Shown here one piece after another: positions 33,464 to 42,112 of a stretch of 64,000 nt of DNA (positions within the stretch are counted from its first letter, which is position 1; every line of letters starts with the position of its first letter). Below the pieces are notes generated by a model that was not told where the DNA came from, did no database searches, and saw only the letters and a list, made by a program, of their open reading frames with translations. Position numbers and translations under genes: made by a program. Source of the stretch: Thermovirgaceae bacterium (lineage in GTDB: Bacteria; Synergistota; Synergistia; Synergistales; Thermovirgaceae); contig JAXGNU010000004.1 in the NCBI GenBank assembly GCA_040767805.1, forward strand, positions 64,001 to 128,000. Reading direction: 5' to 3'.

Positions 33464-34387
33464 ATGAGGCTTTTCGTTCTTGTCGTGATCGTGACCATGG
33501 CTGCCTTCGCCGTCGGCTCGACGGCCTCCGAGGCCAAACCTCGCGTCGCCGTCATAGAATTCCAGGATGCCGCCTCGTCGGGGGCTCCCGCGCGGGCTAT
33601 AACGGACATGCTCGTCACGGAACTCTTCAACACCAACCTCTTCACCGTCATCGAGAGGTCCAGGATCGACTCGATCCTTCTCGAGCACAGCCTGGTGCTG
33701 TCGGGCACGATCGACCCGGCCACCGCCGCCAAGGTGGGCAAACTGCTGGGGGTCGAGTACCTCATCACCGGATCCATCACCGAGTACCGCCACGAAGCGG
33801 CCGGCGGGGTGGTGCCCCTCCCGGGCCTTCCCGGCGGCGTGGCGGTGGGTTCCCACACGGCCTACGTGACCATCGACACCAGGGCCATTCACGCCCAGAC
33901 CGGGGAGATCCGCATGGTGGCCCGTGAGCAGGGTGCCTCGAACCAGACGCTGGGCGGTGTCGCCTACAGCGGCGCCGCCTTCGGCGGGGGCAAGACGGGA
34001 GGGGTCCTGGCCGGCGCGACCCATAAGGCCGTGGTGAAACTGGTGGATAAGTTCAGGGAACTCGCCGCCGCGGCCCCGGCTAGGTCCGTGGAGTTCAACG
34101 TCATCCAGGCCGAGGGTTCCCAGGTCCTGGTGGACGGCGGAAGCGCCAACTCGGGGCTGACGCCCGGGACCTTCCTCGCCGCCTACAGGGAGGGCGCCCT
34201 GATAACCGCCATGGACGGCACGGTGCTCGACGCCGAGAAGGTCTACCTTTCCATCCTCAGCGTGGTGGAGGTCAAGCCCCAGTACAGCGTCTGCTCCATA
34301 ATCAGGGGGATCCCCCTCCAGCGGGGCGACAAGGCGGAGACCCTGGGCGACCGCTCGCCGGAGAGCATCATCCTCGGCTCGAGGTGA
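33464..34387 (+). CDS. CsgG/HfaB-family secreted protein with C-terminal beta domain
   Basis: Signal peptide; KPRVAVIEF, FTVIERSRID and GKLLGVEYLITGSITE motifs. Start uncertain (33446/33455/33464). Confidence 0.8.
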   Translation: MRLFVLVVIVTMAAFAVGSTASEAKPRVAVIEFQDAASSGAPARAITDMLVTELFNTNLFTVIERSRIDSILLEHSLVLSGTIDPATAAKVGKLLGVEYLITGSITEYRHEAAGGVVPLPGLPGGVAVGSHTAYVTIDTRAIHAQTGEIRMVAREQGASNQTLGGVAYSGAAFGGGKTGGVLAGATHKAVVKLVDKFRELAAAAPARSVEFNVIQAEGSQVLVDGGSANSGLTPGTFLAAYREGALITAMDGTVLDAEKVYLSILSVVEVKPQYSVCSIIRGIPLQRGDKAETLGDRSPESIILGSR

Positions 34388-34394
34388 CGGGGTG

Positions 34395-34733
34395 CTAGCT
34401 TAGTTTCCCGTGTACGGCCAGCCAGAGGCAGGCCGGGTCCGACGAGGTCGACGCCACCCGGTGCACCCTTCGGGCCGGTATGAAGAGCCAGTCACCGGCC
34501 CGAAGGTCGACTCTGGAGGAATCTTCGTATTCCAGGGTCGCCTCGCCCTGCAAAAGCGCCACCCACTCGTCGTCATCCTGGTCAAGCCAGGTGCCGGGCG
34601 GCGTCGCCTGCCCCGACGACAAGATTCTCTCTATCCTCACCGAAGGGCCCGCCAGGAGATCCTCGAAGACCTCCCCGTCGGGGAGCGCCTCCGGTACGAA
34701 AAACAGGTTGCCTGAAGGATCCATTGTGTCCAC
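34395..34733 (-). CDS. Cupin domain protein
   Basis: VRIERILSSGQ, WLDQDDDEWV, HRVAST and WLAVH motifs. Confidence 0.85.
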   Translation of the reverse strand: MDTMDPSGNLFFVPEALPDGEVFEDLLAGPSVRIERILSSGQATPPGTWLDQDDDEWVALLQGEATLEYEDSSRVDLRAGDWLFIPARRVHRVASTSSDPACLWLAVHGKLS

Positions 34734-34884
34734 CTCCCAGCGTCAAGGGTTTTCAGCCAAGGCTCACCCGGAATATACGCTATAGGGCCCCTCGCCGAGG
34801 GTCGGGCGCTTCATTTGTCGGTGCCGCTGGTATATCATGGCCTTCAGGGGGGCGCGAAGGTCCAGGCGAGGGAGGCGAGGAATC

Positions 34885-35532
34885 ATGTGCAGGATGCTGC
34901 TGGCGAACAGGTCGGGCATATCCAGGCTTGTCGAGAGGCTTTCGGAATTCCCCAACTGCAATACCCTGGCCGCTTTCCTCAAGGGCCTCGACCTCCGGCA
35001 CGGGGGCCACGGGGGCGGCGTGGCGCTTTACGGCGACGGGTCGGTCCTCCATTACGAGAAGGGCGTCGACATGCAGCCCGAGCGCGCCGCGGCCGTACTG
35101 GAGGGGCGCGACTACGAGTGGGCCGTCTTCCACGCCAGGGAGGCCAGCGTCGGCTCCGTCAGCGATGAGAACTGCCACCCCTTCGTCATCGAGGGACGGC
35201 ATCACCTGGTCCTCGCCGCGAACGGGAACGAGAGCGCTTTGGCGGCCCTGGGGCGCCTCATCGGCGACAGGACCGACAGCGAGTTCGTTGCGAGGATGAT
35301 CGTGGACATGGACCTCCCCTTCCCGCTGGCCCTGTCCTGCTTCAACTCTAACTTCGTCGGCCTTTACGACGGCCGGCCCTTCGCGAAGAAGGGCGACCGG
35401 CAACTGCTCAAGTACCAGGCGGAACGGGACATCGTCTTCGCCAGCGACCTACCCTTCGGGCTGACGGGCATTACCAGGCCGGGACAGAACTACTGCTGGT
35501 TCGACTGGGAAGAGTCGGTGCTGCCCGGCTGA
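34885..35532 (+). CDS. Stand-alone class II glutamine amidotransferase-like (Ntn hydrolase) protein
   Basis: MCRM start (Cys2 nucleophile) behind GGAGG; FHAREAS, NCHPF, ANG and TDSE motifs. Confidence 0.78.
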   Translation: MCRMLLANRSGISRLVERLSEFPNCNTLAAFLKGLDLRHGGHGGGVALYGDGSVLHYEKGVDMQPERAAAVLEGRDYEWAVFHAREASVGSVSDENCHPFVIEGRHHLVLAANGNESALAALGRLIGDRTDSEFVARMIVDMDLPFPLALSCFNSNFVGLYDGRPFAKKGDRQLLKYQAERDIVFASDLPFGLTGITRPGQNYCWFDWEESVLPG

Positions 35533-35549
35533 GCCCGAAAGGAGGCGCC

Positions 35550-36584
35550 ATGGGCAAGATCACTGTCTACGGAGCAGGAAGCTGGGGCACCGCCGCCGCC
35601 GACCTCCTCGCCCGGGGGGGGCACCAGGCGACCCTCTGGTGCAGGAGGCCGGAACAGGCGCGGGCCATGAACGCCACGGGGAGAAACCCCGACTACCTCA
35701 AGCGTACCGATCTCAGCCCCGCCCTCTCGGTCACGGCGGACCTCGAAGAGGCCGCGGCCTCCTCCCATTACCACGTCGCCGCCGTGCCCACCCAGTCGGT
35801 GAGGGAGTTCCTTTCGAGGGCGGCGAGGTATTGGCCCCGGGACGTCAGGGTATGCAACCTGGCGAAGGGGATAGAGATCGCGTCGGGCGACAGGATAAGC
35901 CAGGTCGTCGCCGAGACCCTCCCCCGTTCCAGGTACTCCGTCCTCTCGGGCCCGAGCCACGCCGAAGAGGTCGCCGAGGGCAAGCCGGCCGCCGTGGTGG
36001 CCGCCTCCTCCATCCCCGGCGAGGCGGAACTCTGGCAGGGGATTTTCTCAGGGAGGTTTTTCCGGGTCTATACCAGTGACGACGTCGTCGGCGTGGAGAT
36101 AGGGGGGGCGGTCAAGAACGTCATCGCCATCGCCGCCGGGATAGCAGCCTCCAGGGAGATGGGCCACAACGCCCTGGCGGCGCTGGTGTGCAGGGGCCTC
36201 GCGGAGGTGATGAGGCTGGGCGCGAAGCTTGGGGCGCACCCCCTTACGCTGGCCGGGCTTGCCGGGGTGGGCGACCTGATGGTGACCTGCTTCAGCGGCC
36301 TCTCGCGAAACTACAGGCTGGGCCTGGCCGTAGGCGGGGGGATGACCCTGTCGCGGGCCCTGGACTCCCTTGGCCAGGTGGCCGAGGGAGCTTATACCGT
36401 GGACGCCCTGGTGAAGAACGCCCGCAGGATCGACATCGAACTGCCCCTCACCGAGGCGGTGCACCGCATCCTCTACGAGGGGGTCTCACCGGAGAGCATG
36501 GTGGGATCCCTTTTCGACCGCGAACTGAAACCGGAACTGCCGCCGGAGATGTACTGGGGAAGGGGGAAGGACAGGGGCGCCTAG
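35550..36584 (+). CDS. gpsA: NAD(P)H-dependent glycerol-3-phosphate dehydrogenase
   Basis: GAGSWGTA, LSGPSHAEEV, GGAVKNVIAI and GVGDLMVTC...SRN motifs. Confidence 0.95.
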   Translation: MGKITVYGAGSWGTAAADLLARGGHQATLWCRRPEQARAMNATGRNPDYLKRTDLSPALSVTADLEEAAASSHYHVAAVPTQSVREFLSRAARYWPRDVRVCNLAKGIEIASGDRISQVVAETLPRSRYSVLSGPSHAEEVAEGKPAAVVAASSIPGEAELWQGIFSGRFFRVYTSDDVVGVEIGGAVKNVIAIAAGIAASREMGHNALAALVCRGLAEVMRLGAKLGAHPLTLAGLAGVGDLMVTCFSGLSRNYRLGLAVGGGMTLSRALDSLGQVAEGAYTVDALVKNARRIDIELPLTEAVHRILYEGVSPESMVGSLFDRELKPELPPEMYWGRGKDRGA

Positions 36585-37108
36585 GGTTCGGCGATCCTGA
36601 AATCCTCGCCAAGCCAGGAAGTCATGGCCCAGGCTATCAGGATCAGGAGCGGTATCGAGACGGCGTAGCGGACGATGGTGAAACCTATCCCCAGGAAAGA
36701 AGCCTCGAAGACCGTCATGGGGATCCTGCAGATCATGGAGGCGTTGAGGAAGGTCAGGATCACCTTCATGGAGGCCCCCTTCTTCTGGAGGACCAGGCAG
36801 AGGGGCAGGGCGACGAAAAGACCGCCCACTATGGTTCCCGCCAGCACGATGGCCCAGAAGTAACCCTGGACTCCCGACTCGCTCCCCATGTGTTTTTCCA
36901 CGGTCTCCCGCTTCACCCAGGAATGGAACAGCCCCACCAGGAGAAAGGTCGGCGGCAGGAGGCCCGCCATCGTCCGGGCGAAGGCCAGGAAGTCGGTGCC
37001 GCACTTTATGCCGGGCGCAAAACGGATAAGCGCCGAGAGAGCGACGAAGGCGGCGAAAGCCAGGAACAAAACGGCCCAGAAAGGCAAGGAAGACCTCTTC
37101 CCGTTCAT
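36581..37108 (-). CDS. Permease half-protein (DUF318/ArsP-like), second gene
   Basis: Hydrophobic; LVGLFHSWV, MGSESG, LQKKGAS and FEASFLG motifs; ATGA overlap with the upstream partner. The longer ORF in the track is over-extended. Confidence 0.72.
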   Translation of the reverse strand: MNGKRSSLPFWAVLFLAFAAFVALSALIRFAPGIKCGTDFLAFARTMAGLLPPTFLLVGLFHSWVKRETVEKHMGSESGVQGYFWAIVLAGTIVGGLFVALPLCLVLQKKGASMKVILTFLNASMICRIPMTVFEASFLGIGFTIVRYAVSIPLLILIAWAMTSWLGEDFRIAEP

Positions 37109-37587
37109 GGCAACTCCCCGAAGAAGCACCCGATGGCCACGGAAACGACCAGGGCCATCGCCAGCCCGGCGAGGTTCCTGACCAGGGCGGCCCTGAAACC
37201 GAGGTACTCCCTCTCCAGGGGGAAGGTCACCACGCCGACCATCATGAGGGTCGTGGTGAAAGCCGCTATCACCGTGTAGGGTACGCCTTTGCCGAGGAGG
37301 ATGGCCGACAGGGGGAAGGCCACGGAACTGGGTATGGCGGCGATGGAACCGGCCACCGCCCCGGTGACGCTCCCGACGAGGAGCCCCCTGCCGACGAGCA
37401 GTTCGAGAAGGACCTCTTCGCTGATGAGCCCCAGGCTGAGGGACGTGAACACCAGGACGATCACGAACATGGGGAGGACTTCCCTGAAGAGAGTCCAGGC
37501 CAGCCGGGCGGCTTCCAGGGTCCTCTCCCGGTTCACGAACCACGATGCCGAAAAAAGAGCCGCCATCAGCACCCACGCCACTACCAT
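37105..37587 (-). CDS. Permease half-protein (DUF318/ArsP-like), first gene
   Basis: VAFPLSAILLGKG and TTLMMVGVVTFPLEREYLG...RN motifs. Confidence 0.75.
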   Translation of the reverse strand: MVVAWVLMAALFSASWFVNRERTLEAARLAWTLFREVLPMFVIVLVFTSLSLGLISEEVLLELLVGRGLLVGSVTGAVAGSIAAIPSSVAFPLSAILLGKGVPYTVIAAFTTTLMMVGVVTFPLEREYLGFRAALVRNLAGLAMALVVSVAIGCFFGELP

Positions 37588-37740
37588 GCCTTCCGCTCCC
37601 CCCTTTTACCCCGGCCTTGACGTCATTTCCGACCCGCCCGGGCCACCAGTATACCGAAAAAACCCTACAGGGGACGACCCGGCATGGGATGTCCCGGGGG
37701 CGGCATCGGTGCCGCTGTGAAGTGATACAATGCGGGAAAG

Positions 37741-38907
37741 GTGGTGAGACCCCTGCAGGAAGCGATCCTGGCCGCCCTTCGCGCCGCGTCGAGGTTCACC
37801 GAAAGGGGGCACGAAGCGGTCGTGGTCGGCGGGGCTGTACGCGACCTCTTGCTCGGCCGGGGATCGGCCGAGGCCGACCTGGCGACTTCGGCCCCCCTGG
37901 ACCAGGTCCTGGAGCTGTGGCCCGGGGCCCCCGTCGTGGGACGCCCCCCGGCCGCCACGGTCATAGCCCGCTCCGGCGAACACCGGGTGGACATTTCCTG
38001 TTTCCAGGGGGGAGGCCTGCAGGAGGACCTGGGGCGGAGGGACCTCACCGTCAACGCCATGGCGGTAACCGTCGACGGCACCTTCCTGGACCCCTGGGGG
38101 GGGATGGCTGACCTGGCGAAGGGGCTGCTGCGCTTCACCGGCGACCCCCTCGAGAGGCTGGCTTCCGACCCCCTGAGGGCCGTGAGGCTCGCCCGGTTCG
38201 CCGCCGAACTGCCCACCTTCATGGTCGATCCCGCCTCCCGCGAGGCCTGCCGAGGGTTCGCCTCCCGGGTCGCCTCGATGCCGCCGCCCCGCGTCGGCAG
38301 GGAGACCCTGAAGGCCCTGGACGGGGACCTGCCCACTTTCCTGGGCAGCCTCGAGCGGCAGGGCATCATCGCTTCGGTCTTGCCCTTTTGGGGGCGGATT
38401 CCCCCCGGCCGAAAGGCCGCAGCGCTGGAGCGGGTACGCAGGGCGTGCTCCCTAACGGGCGACCGGGCTGTCAGGGCGGCATGCCTGCTCGCCGATGCCG
38501 ACCCTGGCGTCGGCGCGATGGTCTCCGCCTGGGGCTGGCCGAAAGGGCTGGCCAAGGAGACGGGGAACCTCGTGAGGTACCGCTCCCTCGCCCTCCGGGG
38601 CGGCGGAGCCGGCGAATGGGCCGCCCTTTTCAGGTCCCGGGGGGCGCCCTGGCTTGGAAAGCTCCTACTGTTCGGGTATATTTTCGGCCTGGAAAGCGGT
38701 CCCTTGACCGTGGAACCGGCGGCGTACATGCTGCGCCTCCAGGCCTTTGGGCGCAGGGTCACCGGCGAGGAAGTGATGGCCCTCACGGGCCTCGAGAAGG
38801 GGCCGCGGGTCGGCGCGATCCTCGCCGGCCTCGACGAGGCGATAGCCCTGAAGGAGGTCAAGGACCGGCGACAGGCCCTGGGCTGGATCCTTTCCCACCT
38901 TCCCTAA
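37741..38907 (+). CDS. Class II tRNA nucleotidyltransferase, probably CC-adding type
   Basis: VGGAVRDLLLG, EDLGRRDLTVNAMA, DPWGG, DPLRAVR and GPRVG motifs; flexible loop absent. Confidence 0.85.
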   Translation: MVRPLQEAILAALRAASRFTERGHEAVVVGGAVRDLLLGRGSAEADLATSAPLDQVLELWPGAPVVGRPPAATVIARSGEHRVDISCFQGGGLQEDLGRRDLTVNAMAVTVDGTFLDPWGGMADLAKGLLRFTGDPLERLASDPLRAVRLARFAAELPTFMVDPASREACRGFASRVASMPPPRVGRETLKALDGDLPTFLGSLERQGIIASVLPFWGRIPPGRKAAALERVRRACSLTGDRAVRAACLLADADPGVGAMVSAWGWPKGLAKETGNLVRYRSLALRGGGAGEWAALFRSRGAPWLGKLLLFGYIFGLESGPLTVEPAAYMLRLQAFGRRVTGEEVMALTGLEKGPRVGAILAGLDEAIALKEVKDRRQALGWILSHLP

Positions 38908-38969
38908 ATCCCGGTGAGATAGTATCCTTATAGCACGGCTGGAAATGATATTTTAAACAGGAGGTCCCG

Positions 38970-40082
38970 ATGGACCAGTCAGAGATGGGCAAAGCGGCGG
39001 CGGAATTCAGCAAGCAGCAACGGAGGCGCAAGATAGCGACCTGCTTCGTGCTTTCAGGCTGGTACGCGACGATGTTCATCACCGACAACCTCTTCGGGTA
39101 CCACCCCGCGGGGCGGGTCGACGGCGCCTTGACCCTTGTCTTTTTCGCCTGCGCCTTCGGCACGGCCTTCATGACCTCCTCGAAGAAGCGGTCCTTGCTG
39201 GGGTTGTCGGCCATAGCCGGGCTGCTCCTCATTTCCTCCACGCCGCTCCTTTACACCGTGCTGGGCATCCCCGTGAGCATACTGCTCCTGCGCCACGCCA
39301 TGACCCTCTTCTTCTGCGTCCTGGTAGCCCCCTATTTTCTCAAGCCCAGGGGGTTCGCCTTCTTCCTGGTCCTCCTTTACAACGCCCTGTGCTTCTACTA
39401 CCCCGTCCTCCGCACGAGGGAACTGGACGAGACCATGGTCTACGTGATTGTTACCTACTCCTTCTCCCTCCTATTCGCCTACTTCTTCCTGGACATCCTG
39501 AGGATGAACCTGGACCATGTCTCCTCCCTCATCGCCGCGAAAAGGGACGCCGAGGACAGGGCGCTCAGGGACGACCTCACGGGGGTCTACAACAGGAGGT
39601 ACTGCGACAACCTCCTCCGGGTGCTCATCGAGAACGAGACCGAAAAGGCACTCCTTTTCATCGACCTCGACGACTACCAGGGCGTGTACCAGGCCCATGG
39701 CCACATGGTGGGTGACGCCTACCTCAAGAGGTCGGCCGAGGCCATATCGGAGTCGATCAGGTCAGGCGACGTCGTCTCGCGCTTCAGCGGGAACCAGTTC
39801 GTGGTGGTCCTCGACAGCGATGACCTCGCCCTGGCCGAGACGGTGGCCAGGAGGATCATCAAGGCCGTCGAGAACGTGATCCCCGAATTCGGGGGCATCT
39901 CCGTGGGTGTGACCAAGATCATCCCCGGGATAACCCAGCAGGCCGTACTGGTCAACGCCGACACGGCCCTCTACCGGTCGAAGCGTTCGCACCTGGTGGG
40001 CATCTCCATCGTGGATCCCGCCAACCCCCGGATCGAGCCGGAACTCTGGCCCGAAACGGACATGACCCCCCAGGAAAGATGA
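38970..40082 (+). CDS. Membrane-anchored protein with degenerate GGDEF domain
   Basis: About 6 TM segments; DDLTGVYNRR, GHMVGD, SGNQF in place of GGDEF, and ADTALY. Confidence 0.85.
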   Translation: MDQSEMGKAAAEFSKQQRRRKIATCFVLSGWYATMFITDNLFGYHPAGRVDGALTLVFFACAFGTAFMTSSKKRSLLGLSAIAGLLLISSTPLLYTVLGIPVSILLLRHAMTLFFCVLVAPYFLKPRGFAFFLVLLYNALCFYYPVLRTRELDETMVYVIVTYSFSLLFAYFFLDILRMNLDHVSSLIAAKRDAEDRALRDDLTGVYNRRYCDNLLRVLIENETEKALLFIDLDDYQGVYQAHGHMVGDAYLKRSAEAISESIRSGDVVSRFSGNQFVVVLDSDDLALAETVARRIIKAVENVIPEFGGISVGVTKIIPGITQQAVLVNADTALYRSKRSHLVGISIVDPANPRIEPELWPETDMTPQER

Positions 40083-40084
40083 TG

Positions 40085-40109
40085 AGAGGGGCCCCGGGAG
40101 GGCCCCTCT
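40085..40109 (+). terminator. Hairpin after the GGDEF gene
   Basis: AGAGGGGCCC-CGGGA-GGGCCCCTCT stem; weak U-tract. Confidence 0.5.
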
Positions 40110-40264
40110 TCAGTCAGGGCAGGGGCGCCCGGCCCGAGGTGAAAAGACCCCGGAGGAGCTTCCCCACCCACAGGATGGCCGAGGCCACGGCCTTGAAAAG
40201 GATTCACACGGCCTTCACCTGCCTCGTGTCAACGATACCATGAAAAGAACCGGGGAGGTAAGCC

Positions 40265-40786
40265 ATGGGTGACGGGGCTCTTGAAGTCATCCTCTCCAGG
40301 AGGAGCATCAGGAAATACACCGACAGGGCCGTCGAAGAGGGGTCCCTCGAGTTGCTCCTGCGCGCCGCGATGAGCGCCCCGAGCGCCCATGACCAGCGAC
40401 CCTGGGAGTTCGTCGTCATCGACGACAGGGAGACCCTGCAGGCCGTCACGGTGTTCCACCCCTATTCCAGGATGCTCCACAAGGCCCCCGTGGCGATAAC
40501 CGTTTGCGGCCGTACCACCGGGATCCAGACGCCGGACTTCTGGCCCCAGGATTGCGCCGCGGCGACGATGAACATCCTGACGGCGGCCAGGGCCCTGGGG
40601 ATAGGATCGGTGTGGCTCGGCGTCTACCCCATAGGATACCTGGTCGAGGGAGTGAGCTCACTGCTGGGCCTCCCGGGGGAGATCACGCCCTTTTCAATAG
40701 TATCCCTGGGGTACCCCGCCGAGGAAAAGGGACCCTCCGAGCGATACGATCCAGCCAGGGTTCACAGGAACCGGTGGCGGGGATAA
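40265..40786 (+). CDS. Nitroreductase family protein
   Basis: RRSIRKY, APSAHDQRPW, QDCAAA, GSVWLG and SLGYP motifs. Confidence 0.92.
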   Translation: MGDGALEVILSRRSIRKYTDRAVEEGSLELLLRAAMSAPSAHDQRPWEFVVIDDRETLQAVTVFHPYSRMLHKAPVAITVCGRTTGIQTPDFWPQDCAAATMNILTAARALGIGSVWLGVYPIGYLVEGVSSLLGLPGEITPFSIVSLGYPAEEKGPSERYDPARVHRNRWRG

Positions 40787-40853
40787 AGGGGGGCTGGCCA
40801 TTCCTAGGGGTGGGACCGCCGGGGCAGGCCGGCCTCTTTTTCTAGACCCCAAC

Positions 40854-41996
40854 TTGAACATCGTCTTCGGCGTCACGTTGATCTCGGTCCTGGGCGTGGC
40901 GAGCGTCACCCCGGCTTTCCCTGAATTGACCCGCGTCCTGGGAGTTAACCAGGAGGACGCGGCGTGGCTCATTTCGGCCTTCACGATACCGGGGCTCCTC
41001 TTCACACCCCTCGTGGGGCTCCTCTCCGACCGCTACGGCAGGAGGTGGGTCCTGATCCCGTGCCTCTTCCTTTTCGGCGCGGCGGGGGGTGCCTGCTTTT
41101 TCGCTCGGGGCTTCGGCACCCTGGTGACCCTCAGGTTCCTCCAGGGGATCGGGTCGGCGCCGCTCAACGTGCTGAACGCGGCCCTGATCGGCGACCTTTT
41201 CAAGGGCGACGACAGGCCGGCGGCGATGGGGTACAACACGAGCATGATAGGGGTGGGCACCGCCCTGTACCCCGCCCTCGGCGGCCTGCTAGCCATGGTC
41301 GGCTGGAACTACCCCTTCCTCCTCGCCCTCCTGGCCCTCCCCGTGGGCGCCTGGGCGTACCTGGGGCTTGAGGAGGGGAAAAGGTTCCCGGCGGGGAGCC
41401 CGTCGGCGGGGCGCCCCTCGCTCCGGGCGGGGCTCACCGGCAAGGGGATCCCCCTGCTGCTTTTTGCCACGATGATGGCCTTCGTGATCCAGTTCGGCGG
41501 GTTCATCACCTTCCTCCCCTTCTTCCTGGAATCAGGCTACGGCGCCACTCCCTTGACGATAGGGATGATCTCGGCCGTCATGTCCATCGCCGGGGCTGTC
41601 ACCTCGTCGAGGGCGGGGTGGCTCTCGGCCCGTTTCAGCCGCCGCTCCCTGGTGACGGCGGCCTTCGCCATGTACGGCTTCGCGCTCCTGTTCCTCCTCC
41701 GCGCGCCGGGCTGCTGCGGCATGTTGATACCGGCGGCTCTCTTCGGCATGGGGCAGGGCATCAACATCCCGAACCTGCTCACCGCCCTCACCGACAGGGC
41801 TCCCGAGGAGAACCGTGCCGTGGTCCTGTCCCTGAACAGCCTCTCCCTGAGGCTGGGGCAGACCCTGGGCCCTCCCCTTTTCGGGGCGATCTTCGCCTCC
41901 AGGGGCGTCGAAGCGGTCTTCACCGCCGGGGCGGTCCTGGCGGCGGCCATGGCGGTGGTGATCTTCACCTTCCTGGGAGAGGGCGAAAAAGCCTGA
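40854..41996 (+). CDS. MFS transporter
   Basis: GLLSDRYGRR (motif A), LRFLQGIG and about 12 TM helices; the true start may be upstream (see findings). Confidence 0.88.
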   Translation: MNIVFGVTLISVLGVASVTPAFPELTRVLGVNQEDAAWLISAFTIPGLLFTPLVGLLSDRYGRRWVLIPCLFLFGAAGGACFFARGFGTLVTLRFLQGIGSAPLNVLNAALIGDLFKGDDRPAAMGYNTSMIGVGTALYPALGGLLAMVGWNYPFLLALLALPVGAWAYLGLEEGKRFPAGSPSAGRPSLRAGLTGKGIPLLLFATMMAFVIQFGGFITFLPFFLESGYGATPLTIGMISAVMSIAGAVTSSRAGWLSARFSRRSLVTAAFAMYGFALLFLLRAPGCCGMLIPAALFGMGQGINIPNLLTALTDRAPEENRAVVLSLNSLSLRLGQTLGPPLFGAIFASRGVEAVFTAGAVLAAAMAVVIFTFLGEGEKA

Positions 41997-42018
41997 CTGG
42001 CCGTCTCTTTCCCTCAAG

Positions 42019-42051
42019 AAAAACCGGCGCCGTCCCAGGGGACGGCACCGG
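42019..42051 (-). terminator. Intrinsic terminator between convergent genes
   Basis: A5 tract then CCGGCGCCGTCC-CAGG-GGACGGCACCGG stem. Confidence 0.65.
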
Positions 42052-42112
42052 CCTTGTTCTATTCACTCCGACTTTCGCCGGCGGGCGTATAACCGGCGGC
42101 AGGCTCATCCCC

